A stretch of 64,000 nt of DNA from positions 1 through 64,000 of the IMG/VR virus record IMGVR_UViG_3300032294_001352. One strand, written 5' to 3'. The DNA comes from a virus. This document shows positions 1-9,771 of the stretch, one piece after another. Position 1 is the stretch's first letter; every line of letters starts with the position of its first letter. The position numbers were made by a program, and so were the translations under genes. The notes beneath the pieces are model-generated. The model saw only the letters and a program-made list of their open reading frames with translations, searched no databases and was not told the DNA's origin.

Positions 1-329
1 TACTCCACATACCTGCCGCTTATCTCGTTCCATCCGGTATCCACAAACGAGTATGGACCACCGACCACATGCTTGTACCACTGGCGCGCAACGAACTCAG
101 GGCACTGCACGATGATACTGATAGGTGAGTGACGGAATGGCGACGTGTGTTCCTCACGCGCCAAAAAGGAAATCAACTTCTGTGACGGCTTCTCAGAATC
201 CTCATTCCCATAACTCACCCGTGCCGCCTGCGCCACTTTGTCTGATGGATCACGAAGCATAGCGTCATGGAAGATGATGAATCCGTGCTGGCCATCCACA
301 GGAAACGTTTCATTGAGTGGTACTGGCAT
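1..329 (-). CDS. thyX: Flavin-dependent thymidylate synthase (runs off the window edge)
   Basis: Manual translation MPVPLNETF...AARVSYG...HTSPFRH...PEFVARQWYKH...NEISGRY matches ThyX motifs; AAGGAG RBS upstream. Absent from the ORF track because it is truncated. Confidence 0.9.
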   Translation of the reverse strand, partial: MPVPLNETFPVDGQHGFIIFHDAMLRDPSDKVAQAARVSYGNEDSEKPSQKLISFLAREEHTSPFRHSPISIIVQCPEFVARQWYKHVVGGPYSFVDTGWNEISGRYVE

Positions 330-337
330 GATGCTCC

Positions 338-661
338 TTATGCAGTGAGACGATTCAAATCAATCAATCGTGTAATAACATCCTTAGACGTGTGGCTATC
401 CCACGGATACTTTGCCGCAGGTACTTCCGGACATTGAAACAGATCCCAGTAGTCTTTGTGATAGTGGTTTGACACCTGACCAGTTGGCAGCATGGCCACC
501 ACGATAAAGTAATTCTCATCACCAAAGCAGCGCTCACCATCATGGTGAAAGAATGACTTGTGTACGTCATACAAGTGTTGCTTAGCCCACTCATTCACCA
601 GTAGTGAGTGATAGGCCATCCGAAAATCATACAACTCGTCAATGATACTGTTATCCATCAT
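338..661 (-). CDS. WDGH-domain-like phage protein
   Basis: ELYDFR...HKS..HHDG...FIV...LPTGQVSNHY...WDLF...WDSHT pattern. Confidence 0.7.
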   Translation of the reverse strand: MMDNSIIDELYDFRMAYHSLLVNEWAKQHLYDVHKSFFHHDGERCFGDENYFIVVAMLPTGQVSNHYHKDYWDLFQCPEVPAAKYPWDSHTSKDVITRLIDLNRLTA

Positions 662-665
662 TCAC

Positions 666-1031
666 CTACATTTCATACGTATTCACGTCACGCTCAACCA
701 TGTCAACAGATTGCTCTGCCAATGACAGCACATGCCGCAGTTCTGCGTTGATATGCTTTTGCACATGTTTGAGCATGATGTAGATACTGGTGTCATTTGG
801 CGTGGCTTGGTATTGGCCGGTGAACGTCATACGACCATACTCCGTGGCGATTGCGTCTGGCTTGCGGCAAAACTGCACTTTGGCTTTCCAGTCTGCGTAG
901 TGCTCTTTGGTCTGGCCGTTATCTGTTTCCTGATGCACCGTGATTGTGATAGTGGCCACACCTAATCCCACATTGTTGATGTACGTGTACTCATCCTTAG
1001 ATGAGTGATACTGAATAAATCCCATAATCAT
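666..1031 (-). CDS. Hypothetical protein
   Basis: ORF packed in a minus-strand operon; GGAGG RBS before the ATG at 1031. Confidence 0.6.
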   Translation of the reverse strand: MIMGFIQYHSSKDEYTYINNVGLGVATITITVHQETDNGQTKEHYADWKAKVQFCRKPDAIATEYGRMTFTGQYQATPNDTSIYIMLKHVQKHINAELRHVLSLAEQSVDMVERDVNTYEM

Positions 1032-1036
1032 TCCTC

Positions 1037-1543
1037 CTACGTTGTTGCCGCATTTCCCATCGTCTTGATAGCACGCCACGCACGCGCTCCAGACTTCTTT
1101 CCATTCAGTGCATCCATCACAAAATCCATGACTTCCAGTGTGACTCCTGGTCGGATCTTCAACCAGTGGTTCATCAGTAAGCGCAACTGCTGTGCTGTGG
1201 CCTGTGCAGCCGTCTTGGCCACGGATGTGGGGATAGCACGATTCTCATCCGCTCCGGCCACCAGTGGTAGCGTGTAGAACGTGTCCGTGTCAATGAACAA
1301 CCACATGCCGCCCACCCACTCATAGCCGTCTGCTGACTGAACCATCGGTGGATAATCTGATCGCCACACCAGTTTACCGGTGGTGCCAATCATGACGTGA
1401 ATCTCACGCACTCCGTTGGCAGCCGTATGCACACTTACCGTAATCTTGCGTGCTCTGGCATGAAACGGTACATTTGCCGCACGCGTGAGCATCCCATCAC
1501 TGGTGATAAGGATTTGCTCAGCAATATCTTCCGGATTCATCAT
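1037..1543 (-). CDS. Hypothetical protein
   Basis: 168-aa ORF with GAGAGG RBS, downstream of an AT-rich divergent promoter region. Confidence 0.65.
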   Translation of the reverse strand: MMNPEDIAEQILITSDGMLTRAANVPFHARARKITVSVHTAANGVREIHVMIGTTGKLVWRSDYPPMVQSADGYEWVGGMWLFIDTDTFYTLPLVAGADENRAIPTSVAKTAAQATAQQLRLLMNHWLKIRPGVTLEVMDFVMDALNGKKSGARAWRAIKTMGNAATT

Positions 1544-1656
1544 TCCTCTCTTCTACTCAGTGTCTGCGTTCAGTATAGTACTGATTAAAAATCTTTGCAA
1601 TTTGTATAATTAGTAGTATACTCATATTGTCAGTATTGATAATGAAAGGGTGTGTC

Positions 1657-2016
1657 ATGACAGTCAAAGGAAGCCGTCGAAGTGCCGCAGAAACACCAGT
1701 CAAGCCGGTAGAACCAGTGCAAGAAGTGGTGGTGCAAGAAGCCGTAGTAGCACCAGTGCAGGAAGTGGTGACTAAGGCCATTCAAGCACAAGACTGGATT
1801 ATCTCATATCCGCTCAATGACTTGTATGCAGTGGGAATCACGCTGCCTAACGCCAACTTTGAGTCACAGGTGGTCTTGTTTGATCGCAACGGTGGCCAGT
1901 TGCCGCTTGCAACAATGGCAACTAGCAATCTCACGGAAACTGACATCCTGCGTGGGAGCAAACGATTGGTGTCAGCCATCCTGAACAATCTGGCACGATC
2001 CACCACGCTCATCTAG
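1657..2016 (+). CDS. Hypothetical protein
   Basis: ORF with AAAGGG RBS, followed by a terminator. Confidence 0.6.
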   Translation: MTVKGSRRSAAETPVKPVEPVQEVVVQEAVVAPVQEVVTKAIQAQDWIISYPLNDLYAVGITLPNANFESQVVLFDRNGGQLPLATMATSNLTETDILRGSKRLVSAILNNLARSTTLI

Positions 2017-2044
2017 CACACGCGCTGCTCATAACCATCCACAG

Positions 2045-2076
2045 ACGCACTAGGATTTTTTCCTAGTGCGTTTTTG
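2045..2076 (+). terminator. Rho-independent terminator
   Basis: ACGCACTAGGA-TTTT-TCCTAGTGCGT followed by a T run. Confidence 0.8.
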
Positions 2077-2121
2077 TTGACGTGACTGCTATGCTATGAG
2101 TAGTACAGATAGGAGCACGTT

Positions 2122-2613
2122 ATGATTCAAATCCGTTCAGCATTACGCTTTGCCGCAAGTGCCACTCGATGGCTAGGTGGGGTGTTTGGTCGTATCACTG
2201 ACGCACCCAATGAGGGCTTTGAGCAACTTGGTCGTGCGTTGGATCGCTTCCCAGATGAACTGGCCAAAGAAACGGCCAAAGCACAGGAACAATCCATCGC
2301 CAATATGAAGACGGATTTGATGGCCTATCCGTCACAACGTTATGGCACTACATATCGCCGCACGTATCTACTCCGCTCTGGATGGGTAGGTGCGCCAATC
2401 ATCACTAGTAGTACCATTGATAGTGGCTTTCCGGCCAAAGTGACTTCCATTGAGAATCCAGTGCCATACGCAGGATGGGTGCAGCGTCGCTCAACACAAG
2501 CGTACTGGAATCGTGGGCGCTGGGCTACCGTGGAAGACGTTATTGCCAAACACTCACCATCTGTCGTGGATACCATCATCCGTGCTGTTACCATCTTGTC
2601 ACGATCGTTTTAG
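2122..2613 (+). CDS. HK97 gp10-like neck/tail completion protein
   Basis: YRRT..LRSGW...NPVPYAGWV pattern typical of this family; AGGAG RBS. Confidence 0.55.
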   Translation: MIQIRSALRFAASATRWLGGVFGRITDAPNEGFEQLGRALDRFPDELAKETAKAQEQSIANMKTDLMAYPSQRYGTTYRRTYLLRSGWVGAPIITSSTIDSGFPAKVTSIENPVPYAGWVQRRSTQAYWNRGRWATVEDVIAKHSPSVVDTIIRAVTILSRSF

Positions 2614-2622
2614 GAGTGCGGC

Positions 2623-3546
2623 ATGGGCAGGAATCGACCAAAAGCAGGCGTTGGTGTGGTTCAGCAAGTGGTGAATCAAATCCCCACTGATGGGCAGCCG
2701 ATTGACACGGCCTATCCCTATGAGGATGGCACGTATTATTACTTGTACGGATTTCCTAAGGAAGTACAAGACATGATTATTGGTGGCGGCAATGAAGAAG
2801 CAGAGTATGTTCGGAATGCGTCACCAGAAGAGTATGAGATCCGTAAAGGAACGTACCAAAGTTTGGGTCTAGACATTGAGAATCGTGTGGACCAGCAGAT
2901 ATTTGCGGATCTTACGAGCATGTTTTCCCCAGCAAATGGAGTCATTGCACGGCGCAGCATCAATGTTGGCTACTGGAATCGTGATGAGATCAACATTGAA
3001 AATCTTTCATTTTCTACCACAAAGGAAACGCCAGACTACGTGGGCTTTGCCATGATTGCTCGGCAGGTGACTGCGGCACAGGAGATTGCACGTCGTACCG
3101 GAATGATTGTGCACATAGACGTGAATGCAGCACAGGGTGGTACATATTCCGGTTTCTCAGTCTGGCCAAAACTCGGTTATGACTTTGAGATTCCTGAGCA
3201 ACTACAAACACTTCTTGTAGAGGATTATGGATTCAAAGAGAATGAAGTAGACAAAGGCACTGCCGCATTTATGAGTACATACAATCGCAACGGCTATGAC
3301 GGATATAGCGTGTGGCGTGAAATCACGGAAAATCTCAATCTAAGTTACTCACCAAGTGGGCGCACAACCATCTATCCTGATGGCCGATCAACGCCAGCAC
3401 TGGAAGTGACAAAAGAATACGCACGTCAATTCTCTAAGTCTGTTAAGCGGCAACAGCAGGGTGTCTTTGGGAATGGCCAACTGAGTGACGAAGATGACGC
3501 TATCCTGCATGAGATTTGGATGAACATGCGCAACGCAAAGGATTGA
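2623..3546 (+). CDS. MGRNR-tagged protein 1, GNAT-like acetyltransferase domain
   Basis: N-term MGRNRPKAGVGVV; GFAMIARQVTAA...GFSVWPKLGYDF shared with four paralogs. Confidence 0.6.
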   Translation: MGRNRPKAGVGVVQQVVNQIPTDGQPIDTAYPYEDGTYYYLYGFPKEVQDMIIGGGNEEAEYVRNASPEEYEIRKGTYQSLGLDIENRVDQQIFADLTSMFSPANGVIARRSINVGYWNRDEINIENLSFSTTKETPDYVGFAMIARQVTAAQEIARRTGMIVHIDVNAAQGGTYSGFSVWPKLGYDFEIPEQLQTLLVEDYGFKENEVDKGTAAFMSTYNRNGYDGYSVWREITENLNLSYSPSGRTTIYPDGRSTPALEVTKEYARQFSKSVKRQQQGVFGNGQLSDEDDAILHEIWMNMRNAKD

Positions 3547-4375
3547 TGATGGGGCGCAATCGGAAACGCACAAGTGCCAGTGTTGGAGCAGTCACCTACC
3601 GTATTGTTGAAAGCGGCAGTAGTGGTGACATCACCAAAGAACTTGGTGACTGGTCCACGTATCCACCACGCGCCAAATCCATGTTTCAAGACGGAGTAAG
3701 CACGTTGGCTGCGTTTGTTGCCAGTGATGAGCGATGGTCCAACTTAGTGCGTGACAAGTTTGGGCTTGATCCTGCCAATCCTGCACATCTTGAAGTTGTT
3801 GCGGCAGTCGCAGGAATCACCAGTGCAGAAGACTTAACGCTTGATGATGATGAGGAAAACACCATATTGTCATCTGGGCTTGATTCAAGTGGCCGTGTAT
3901 CTGTGTGGCCATCCGCTGATGGTACACGCATTGACGTGGATATTGGTACGTTTGCCAAATTACGGACATCCAATCAACCACGTCTAGCCTACGCAATGAT
4001 TCGACGCATGGTGTGGGGGATGCGGCAGTGGGCTGAGATACAGGGTGTTCCACCAGAGGGTGCTATTTACAGGCTGAGTCTGATGGAATGGCAATGAATG
4101 GAGTGGAAACATGGGCTAAACTCGGATTCAATTTCACGTTGCGTCGGGAACTCCGTAGTGCCGCAGAAGACGCAGGATTCAGTAGCACAAGCACACTGGA
4201 TCTAATGACGGAGCGGAATGCTAATGGTCAACTAGGCTTTGATGCGTGGAATAGCATTGTAGCCCAAGTGATTGCTGAGGATGGCAGCGCAGAAGCAGAT
4301 GGTGGATTCCAGATTGGAGATGGAAGCAGCAGTTTGCGTGTACTTCAACGATATGGTGAATTACAAGGCTATTAA
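3546..4375 (+). pseudogene. MGRNR-tagged protein 2, GNAT-like, split by a frameshift near 4058-4075 (ORFs 3546-4097 and 4088-4375)
   Basis: First half MGRNRKRTSASVGAV...AYAMIRRMV; second half GVETWAKLGFNF...LMTERNANGQLGFDAW matches the paralog C-termini. Confidence 0.6.
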
Positions 4376-4382
4376 GGAGTAG

Positions 4383-5042
4383 ATGATGGGAAGAAATCGT
4401 AAGAAGCGTGGTGTTGGGGCTGTGGAGGCTAAGATCTATGACGTTTTTGGGAACGTGATTGGAGAAACCACGCCAGAACCTGCGGCAACACCACCAGTGC
4501 AACCACAAACCGTAGAAGCACCAGCACCTGTAGCCAAAGTAAATGACTACATTGCCAATGTCACTGGTGATGGATTAACTAGTGCTACACGCTTGTCACT
4601 GAAAGAGTCAGAGTTTAACGACTTGACTCCTGATCAACGCACCAAGATGTTGCAAGATGTGACGAATGCAGCAGATGACATATCCGTAAAATTGGCTGAG
4701 CGGATTCTTGAACAAGGCGCACCACGCTTTGGTACACCAGAACGCACAGAGTTCCAGAACGCATTGAGCAACGTGGATGAACTGGGCAAAGTGGTATCAC
4801 TCTTGATGCGTGCTGACTTCCAAGATCAAAAGACAAGCCCAAGCAAGGCTGAGGCTGAGCGTGCCTATTTGCCGCAGTGGCGTGACTCATTCCGCTCATA
4901 CGTACTCCGAGAGATCCGTCAAGCCGTGCGCCAGATGGGTGACGCAGCACCAGCAGCACTCCGTGAATTGCGTGGCCAACAACGTGCTGTGGAAGAGGCA
5001 ATAGAGTTTGTACCGATTGCCGCACGGAATCGCGCACGATAG
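4383..5042 (+). CDS. MGRNR-tagged protein 3, helical, unknown function
   Basis: MGRNRKKRGVGAVEAKIYDVFGNVIGE; AAGGAG RBS. Confidence 0.75.
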   Translation: MMGRNRKKRGVGAVEAKIYDVFGNVIGETTPEPAATPPVQPQTVEAPAPVAKVNDYIANVTGDGLTSATRLSLKESEFNDLTPDQRTKMLQDVTNAADDISVKLAERILEQGAPRFGTPERTEFQNALSNVDELGKVVSLLMRADFQDQKTSPSKAEAERAYLPQWRDSFRSYVLREIRQAVRQMGDAAPAALRELRGQQRAVEEAIEFVPIAARNRAR

Positions 5043-5095
5043 TATTGCTGATGCTTGTATGATACAAGTAAGTGGGATTGATAGGAGAATCAAAC

Positions 5096-6343
5096 ATGGG
5101 CCGTAATCGTAAAAAGGGTGGCGCAGGAGCAGGTGCAACGACGGCCACTCCAGTGCCGCAAGCAAACGCAGGAACAATCAATGGTTGGGAGCAAATTGGT
5201 GACAACGCAGACGGAACGCTTACCAAAGTGTTGCCAGATGGCACCGTCTTGACTATCTATCCAACGTCCTCTGGTCCAAATGATTTTGCGATTGACGTTG
5301 AGCAAGATCGAAGTGGTGGCGTTAGTGTGATTGCTGTAGAGGATGCACGCAACGCTGATGGCACGTTCAACATGGATGCAATTGCGGCAGCAGCACAACG
5401 CTACGCAGAAGCGTTGCAATCAGAAGAACCGTATTATGAGGATGAGGCAGAATTACAGTCAGGCCTTATTGACTTTCTCAATGAAATTGGTCGTGAAACT
5501 GGTGCACCTGGCTTCTTTGATCGCTTACTCCGTGGCGAACCAGTGCAGTCACCACAAGCCGTGGCTGAGTCACGCAAATTGGCTGATGAGTCCGCAAAGG
5601 CAGCAGATACGTTTGGTACGGTGGTGCAACGCATGGCACCGGACCAGATGAATGCACAACAGGCTGCTGCGGCACGTCAGGCCATTATCCAAGGCATTCA
5701 GGCTGCTGGTGGTGCACTGAGTAAGCAGGATTTGGCTGATATGCAGCGTATTGCTGGAATGCTCTCACCAAACTTTGTTGAGCGGCAACGGAATCGTGTG
5801 TTGGGTGGAATTGCTGCACTTGGCCGGATGCACGCAGACGTGGCCACGGCTTTGCGTCGTGGTACTAATGCTGGCATTCAGGAAGCGTTGGATCGCACGT
5901 CACGCGTAGAAGACGGCCTCCGTACTACGGTTGACACAGTGATGCAAGGTGCGCTGCAACAAGATGCGTTAGTGCGGCGCCTTAATGCACTATCCAAGCG
6001 TGCTGAGCGTCAGGGATTCCCAGAACCAGCACGTCAGGCCATCATTCAGGCTATCCGCTCATTACCACTTGTAGAACTGGAAAAATCAAGCAGTGGTGCT
6101 GTGGGAATGATTGCGCGCCTTGGTCGCAATGGCTTACTTCCAAGCGTACAAGCCGTAGCACAAGCACGCCAGTTGGGTGGGCGGCAAAACTTGCAGGCCA
6201 ATGTACAGGAAACGGCTGAGGGTATTGCGCGTGCAATCACTATCCGTCGTGAGCAACAAGGCCAGAAGTCACCTGCCAAACAAATCACTGATCGCCTACG
6301 CACGTTAGAGCGTGCCAGTGCTGTAGCACGCTCTGGTCGATAA
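5096..6343 (+). CDS. MGRNR-tagged protein 4, Ala/Gln/Arg-rich helical
   Basis: AGGAG RBS then MGRNRKKGGAGAGA. Confidence 0.75.
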   Translation: MGRNRKKGGAGAGATTATPVPQANAGTINGWEQIGDNADGTLTKVLPDGTVLTIYPTSSGPNDFAIDVEQDRSGGVSVIAVEDARNADGTFNMDAIAAAAQRYAEALQSEEPYYEDEAELQSGLIDFLNEIGRETGAPGFFDRLLRGEPVQSPQAVAESRKLADESAKAADTFGTVVQRMAPDQMNAQQAAAARQAIIQGIQAAGGALSKQDLADMQRIAGMLSPNFVERQRNRVLGGIAALGRMHADVATALRRGTNAGIQEALDRTSRVEDGLRTTVDTVMQGALQQDALVRRLNALSKRAERQGFPEPARQAIIQAIRSLPLVELEKSSSGAVGMIARLGRNGLLPSVQAVAQARQLGGRQNLQANVQETAEGIARAITIRREQQGQKSPAKQITDRLRTLERASAVARSGR

Positions 6344-6395
6344 GACTTGATGATGCATGTAGGATAAATCTAGAACGTAGCAAAGGAGAGATACC

Positions 6396-7346
6396 ATGGG
6401 CCGTAATCGAAAAAAGGGTGGTGGTGCTGGGGCTGTGGAAAATCGTGAACCAGAGTTGGATTCAGGTGGTGGCGGCAATAATCAACCGTTTATCAATCCA
6501 CCAGAACCACAAGAAGAAGTTCCTGTTGAACCGCAGCCACAACCACGTCAACGTATGACACCAGAGCAAGTGTTTGGTCCAGACATTTACGATCCAGGCA
6601 TTCCGCGTCAACTTGAACCAGGCGGCATTCGTACTGCGTGGAATAATGCAACGGCTGCACAACTTGGTCGTGCATTAGAAGATGCGCCAACTGCACAATC
6701 ATTTACGATGATGTACAATTTGCCAACCGCACGCGAGTATTTTGACATTCCATCTAAAGAGCGAGCACCACTCACAAAACGCGAAGTATTGCAGTTGGCT
6801 GACGTGATTGGTGGTTCAGAAATTGTACGAAATGATGGATATGATGCACTTCTTCGTGATCTTGGACTTGAGGGAATGCCGCGTGCAACGTCACGTACTA
6901 TCCGAGTTGGCCGTGACACCAAGCCAATGGTTACGCGCGTCAGTCGGTTAGCACGAAAGTTGCCAGGTATTGAAAATCTTAATCCTGAAGATCGTGCGCG
7001 CGTTGGTGCTATCTTAGACGTGATTGGTGGTATCTCATTGACGCGTGAGCGTGCATGGGAAACCATGATTTTGACTCGTGGTCAAACAACGCCAAAAGGC
7101 GAAGTGATGGGGCGGCAAGTCAAACGATTGATTGCTGAGGGGCGTCGATTGTCTAATGAAATCAATCGCATTATGGGTGATAACACGCCACCACGAAAAG
7201 ATGGACTTCCTAAGCCTGGCACACCTGGTGCACAAGTGTATGACGCTCTCTTCACTAAGGCTGGTCGTGGGCATGATTTCCGCGCACGCAATCACAAGGC
7301 ACCGATGTACGCAGATCGTGGTCTAGAACAAATCAACAACGACTAA
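6396..7346 (+). CDS. MGRNR-tagged protein 5
   Basis: AAGGAG RBS then MGRNRKKGGGAGAVE. Confidence 0.75.
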   Translation: MGRNRKKGGGAGAVENREPELDSGGGGNNQPFINPPEPQEEVPVEPQPQPRQRMTPEQVFGPDIYDPGIPRQLEPGGIRTAWNNATAAQLGRALEDAPTAQSFTMMYNLPTAREYFDIPSKERAPLTKREVLQLADVIGGSEIVRNDGYDALLRDLGLEGMPRATSRTIRVGRDTKPMVTRVSRLARKLPGIENLNPEDRARVGAILDVIGGISLTRERAWETMILTRGQTTPKGEVMGRQVKRLIAEGRRLSNEINRIMGDNTPPRKDGLPKPGTPGAQVYDALFTKAGRGHDFRARNHKAPMYADRGLEQINND

Positions 7347-7367
7347 CGCTACGCTACATGCGGCACT

Positions 7368-7397
7368 AAAGCCTCTGACTGGTTAGTCAGAGGCTTT
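7368..7397. terminator. Bidirectional terminator between convergent operons
   Basis: AAAGCCTCTGACT-GGTT-AGTCAGAGGCTTT perfect 13-bp stem. Confidence 0.8.
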
Positions 7398-7410
7398 GTG
7401 ATCAGGTAGA

Positions 7411-7785
7411 TTATTTCACGCACATCTCAATGAGCAACGCGCGGAGATGTGCATCTTGCATGGCCACACTTGCTTGGTCTGGTTGCACAGGCAGCATGGC
7501 AATGACTTTCCGGATAATCGCATCGGTGATGGGCAGCGTGTTTCCCTCACGATCTGCTGGACCAGTAATCACGGATGGACCAAACAGCGTGTGGCCAAAC
7601 AGTGCCACGATTCCCCAGTTCAATCCCATGCCTTGGCCAATCCCATCATCATTCACGAAGATGCTATATTGACGCTCTCCGAGCACGTCAAAGTATCCTC
7701 CAACGTGCTCTTGCAATGATTCCATCCCAATGTCAAACAATGGCACCCACTCTGCGTTATCGGTAATCTTGATTCCTTTAATCAT
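7411..7785 (-). CDS. DUF3846-like protein
   Basis: LQEHVGGYFD...IFVNDDG...N...LFGPSVITG. Confidence 0.65.
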   Translation of the reverse strand: MIKGIKITDNAEWVPLFDIGMESLQEHVGGYFDVLGERQYSIFVNDDGIGQGMGLNWGIVALFGHTLFGPSVITGPADREGNTLPITDAIIRKVIAMLPVQPDQASVAMQDAHLRALLIEMCVK

Positions 7786-8206
7786 CCTCTCGCTCCGTTT
7801 CTATTGGGGCATTGGTCGTCAACTGAATGAGTGTGTTCAGTGTGTCAATGCCTTGGGTGATGGCTGACTCAATGGCTTCCTCACGCGCACCAGTAAACCA
7901 TGCCAAAATGAATGGTTCATCATCTTCTACCAGTTCCACAGCCAATGGTCCGTCTACTATGTCTAACGCTCCGGTGCTTGGTTCTGGTAGGATTTCACGG
8001 TTTTCCACTTGTTTGCGAAGATCAACCAAGTGCAATGCTGCCAACTTGATGGCTTCCTCTTTGCTCGGAGCAACCGGACCAAGCCACTCAGCATCTTCCT
8101 CAAACACGTCACCGTCTGGAAATGATTCCGTCATTCGAGAAATCCATACCACACGATACTGACCATCTTTTACACGCACTGCTGCCATGGTTGTGTATTC
8201 AGCCAT
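7778..8206 (-). CDS. Hypothetical protein
   Basis: AAGGAG RBS; translationally coupled to the next gene. Confidence 0.65.
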   Translation of the reverse strand: MAEYTTMAAVRVKDGQYRVVWISRMTESFPDGDVFEEDAEWLGPVAPSKEEAIKLAALHLVDLRKQVENREILPEPSTGALDIVDGPLAVELVEDDEPFILAWFTGAREEAIESAITQGIDTLNTLIQLTTNAPIETEREDD

Positions 8207-8217
8207 GTGTTTTCTCC

Positions 8218-8946
8218 TTATTCCTCATCCTCAAAGTCATCATTCTCATCCTCACACGAGCAGCATGAATCACAGTAGCCACAGGTGTAGCACACGTCAT
8301 CACGCAACCGTGCATCACATGATTCACACTTTTCACCATCCGTAACGATGGTCAAGAAGTTCCCAAACACCAAGTCACCGTCATTCACTTCACAGGTGAA
8401 CTCTGTGGCCACCTCAAACTGAGGATATGAGGCCCAGCCACGCGTAAAGAACAAGGCCGGAGTGTCCGTCACTTCAATGATGGCGATAGTACCGGAATCC
8501 ACTCCGTACACCTTGTTATCACTTCCGACGTATGAACCGTCACCGTGTGCAGTTGGCAGAATCCACACCATTTTGCCATCACCGTATTCCACTGGGCGCT
8601 CACCGTCAAACGCACCATCAATGGTCAACAAGTTGTCATAGATTGGTCGGTCAAGCACGTAGCACGGATCGGCCACAACGTACTTGCCAGGCTTCATAAC
8701 GTACTCAGCACCACGCACACCGTTGATGACTGAGCGACCACCAAACTCAAACTCCACATATTCCATCATGACGGCCAAGGCAGCATGGTATGACGTGGTC
8801 GCACGCACTTTGGCGTACACCTCATTGGCTTGGTCACGCAGACCAGCCTGACGGAGCACGCTCTGCACACGCGCCACAATCGAAAACGTGTTCCCATCCA
8901 ACTGACTGGCGTTCATTACCGGCTTGGTGGCTACTACTGCTGACAT
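8218..8946 (-). CDS. Hypothetical multi-domain early protein with a C-terminal Cys-rich/acidic tail
   Basis: DGNTFSIVARV N-domain; ADPCYVL...TAHGDGSY...GVDSGTIA domain; CxxC repeats; first gene after a phage promoter. Confidence 0.65.
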   Translation of the reverse strand: MSAVVATKPVMNASQLDGNTFSIVARVQSVLRQAGLRDQANEVYAKVRATTSYHAALAVMMEYVEFEFGGRSVINGVRGAEYVMKPGKYVVADPCYVLDRPIYDNLLTIDGAFDGERPVEYGDGKMVWILPTAHGDGSYVGSDNKVYGVDSGTIAIIEVTDTPALFFTRGWASYPQFEVATEFTCEVNDGDLVFGNFLTIVTDGEKCESCDARLRDDVCYTCGYCDSCCSCEDENDDFEDEE

Positions 8947-8950
8947 AGGC

Positions 8951-9082
8951 AACTCCTTACTTGCGCTTCAACCTAAGATGGATCATAGCACGAAACTATT
9001 TATTTTGTCAAATCGTGTTTGACAAAGTATATCAATTTGTGATACAATCAGTTTTAAGAAGTCATGCTAGTAAGGAGCGCGT
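8951..9082. promoter_or_regulatory. Divergent sigma70-like promoter pair
   Basis: Minus strand TTGACA(9011-9006)..TGCTATGAT..AGGTTGA..AAGGAG; plus strand TTGACA(9019)..TGATACAAT..AAGGAG. Confidence 0.75.
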
Positions 9083-9427
9083 ATGGATTCAGTAGCACAG
9101 GCCAAAGTCACGGAAGCCCAAGTAACGTCGTCATTCAACTCTCACTGGTTCAATGATGATACTTACAACACGGTGTGGTTCATTGGCGAGCAACAGCCAA
9201 GCGAGGAACGGATTCGGGAAGTCTGTGAGTGGGCTGATGATAATGACTACGATGAGGGAAGCAATTCCTCACGCGTGGAGGCCATCCGGTTCTTTGATGA
9301 CATGAGCAACGCACGCAATGGTCATGTGGTCATTGACATGGCCAACAAGGCTATCTACGTTTGGCAGGATGGCCGACCGATTGTGAAAGAGTGGGCTATA
9401 GCAGAGTTTGGAGCGTTCATACAATGA
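9083..9427 (+). CDS. Hypothetical protein
   Basis: AAGGAG RBS after the promoter. Confidence 0.65.
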   Translation: MDSVAQAKVTEAQVTSSFNSHWFNDDTYNTVWFIGEQQPSEERIREVCEWADDNDYDEGSNSSRVEAIRFFDDMSNARNGHVVIDMANKAIYVWQDGRPIVKEWAIAEFGAFIQ

Positions 9428-9771
9428 GTGCATTGATTATCCGCGCCAATGGCGCACACGAAGTCTTGCAGGGGCCTATCACGCTGCAACGCATTGAGCA
9501 GGCCCTTGGTGGCTGGGTGGTGGATGGTGTGACGGATTTGGGCTATCACGTCTGGGGTGCTGACATTGACGTGCTTGATGGCAATATTCCGGCCGATCCT
9601 GTGAAGTATCAGCCAAACATCCACGTATCACGCTTGTTTCGCCTTGTGATGTGGGGTGACGTGGTGGTCACTGGTTCACCGATTGCCAATTCACGGAGTA
9701 ATCGACTTGCGGCAGTGGATGAGAATCATTTGGCGTTGTTTATCAGTCATTTACCAAAGGAGCACGCATGA
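9424..9771 (+). CDS. Divergent DUF3846-like protein
   Basis: ALIIRANG...LQRIEQALGGWV...PN...WGDVVVTG; ATGA overlap with the previous gene. Confidence 0.5.
   Translation: MSALIIRANGAHEVLQGPITLQRIEQALGGWVVDGVTDLGYHVWGADIDVLDGNIPADPVKYQPNIHVSRLFRLVMWGDVVVTGSPIANSRSNRLAAVDENHLALFISHLPKEHA

Noticed and set aside
2623-7346. Tagged proteins as true viral histones
   Set aside because: Only the short basic tail is reminiscent; no histone-fold pattern is evident in the protein bodies.
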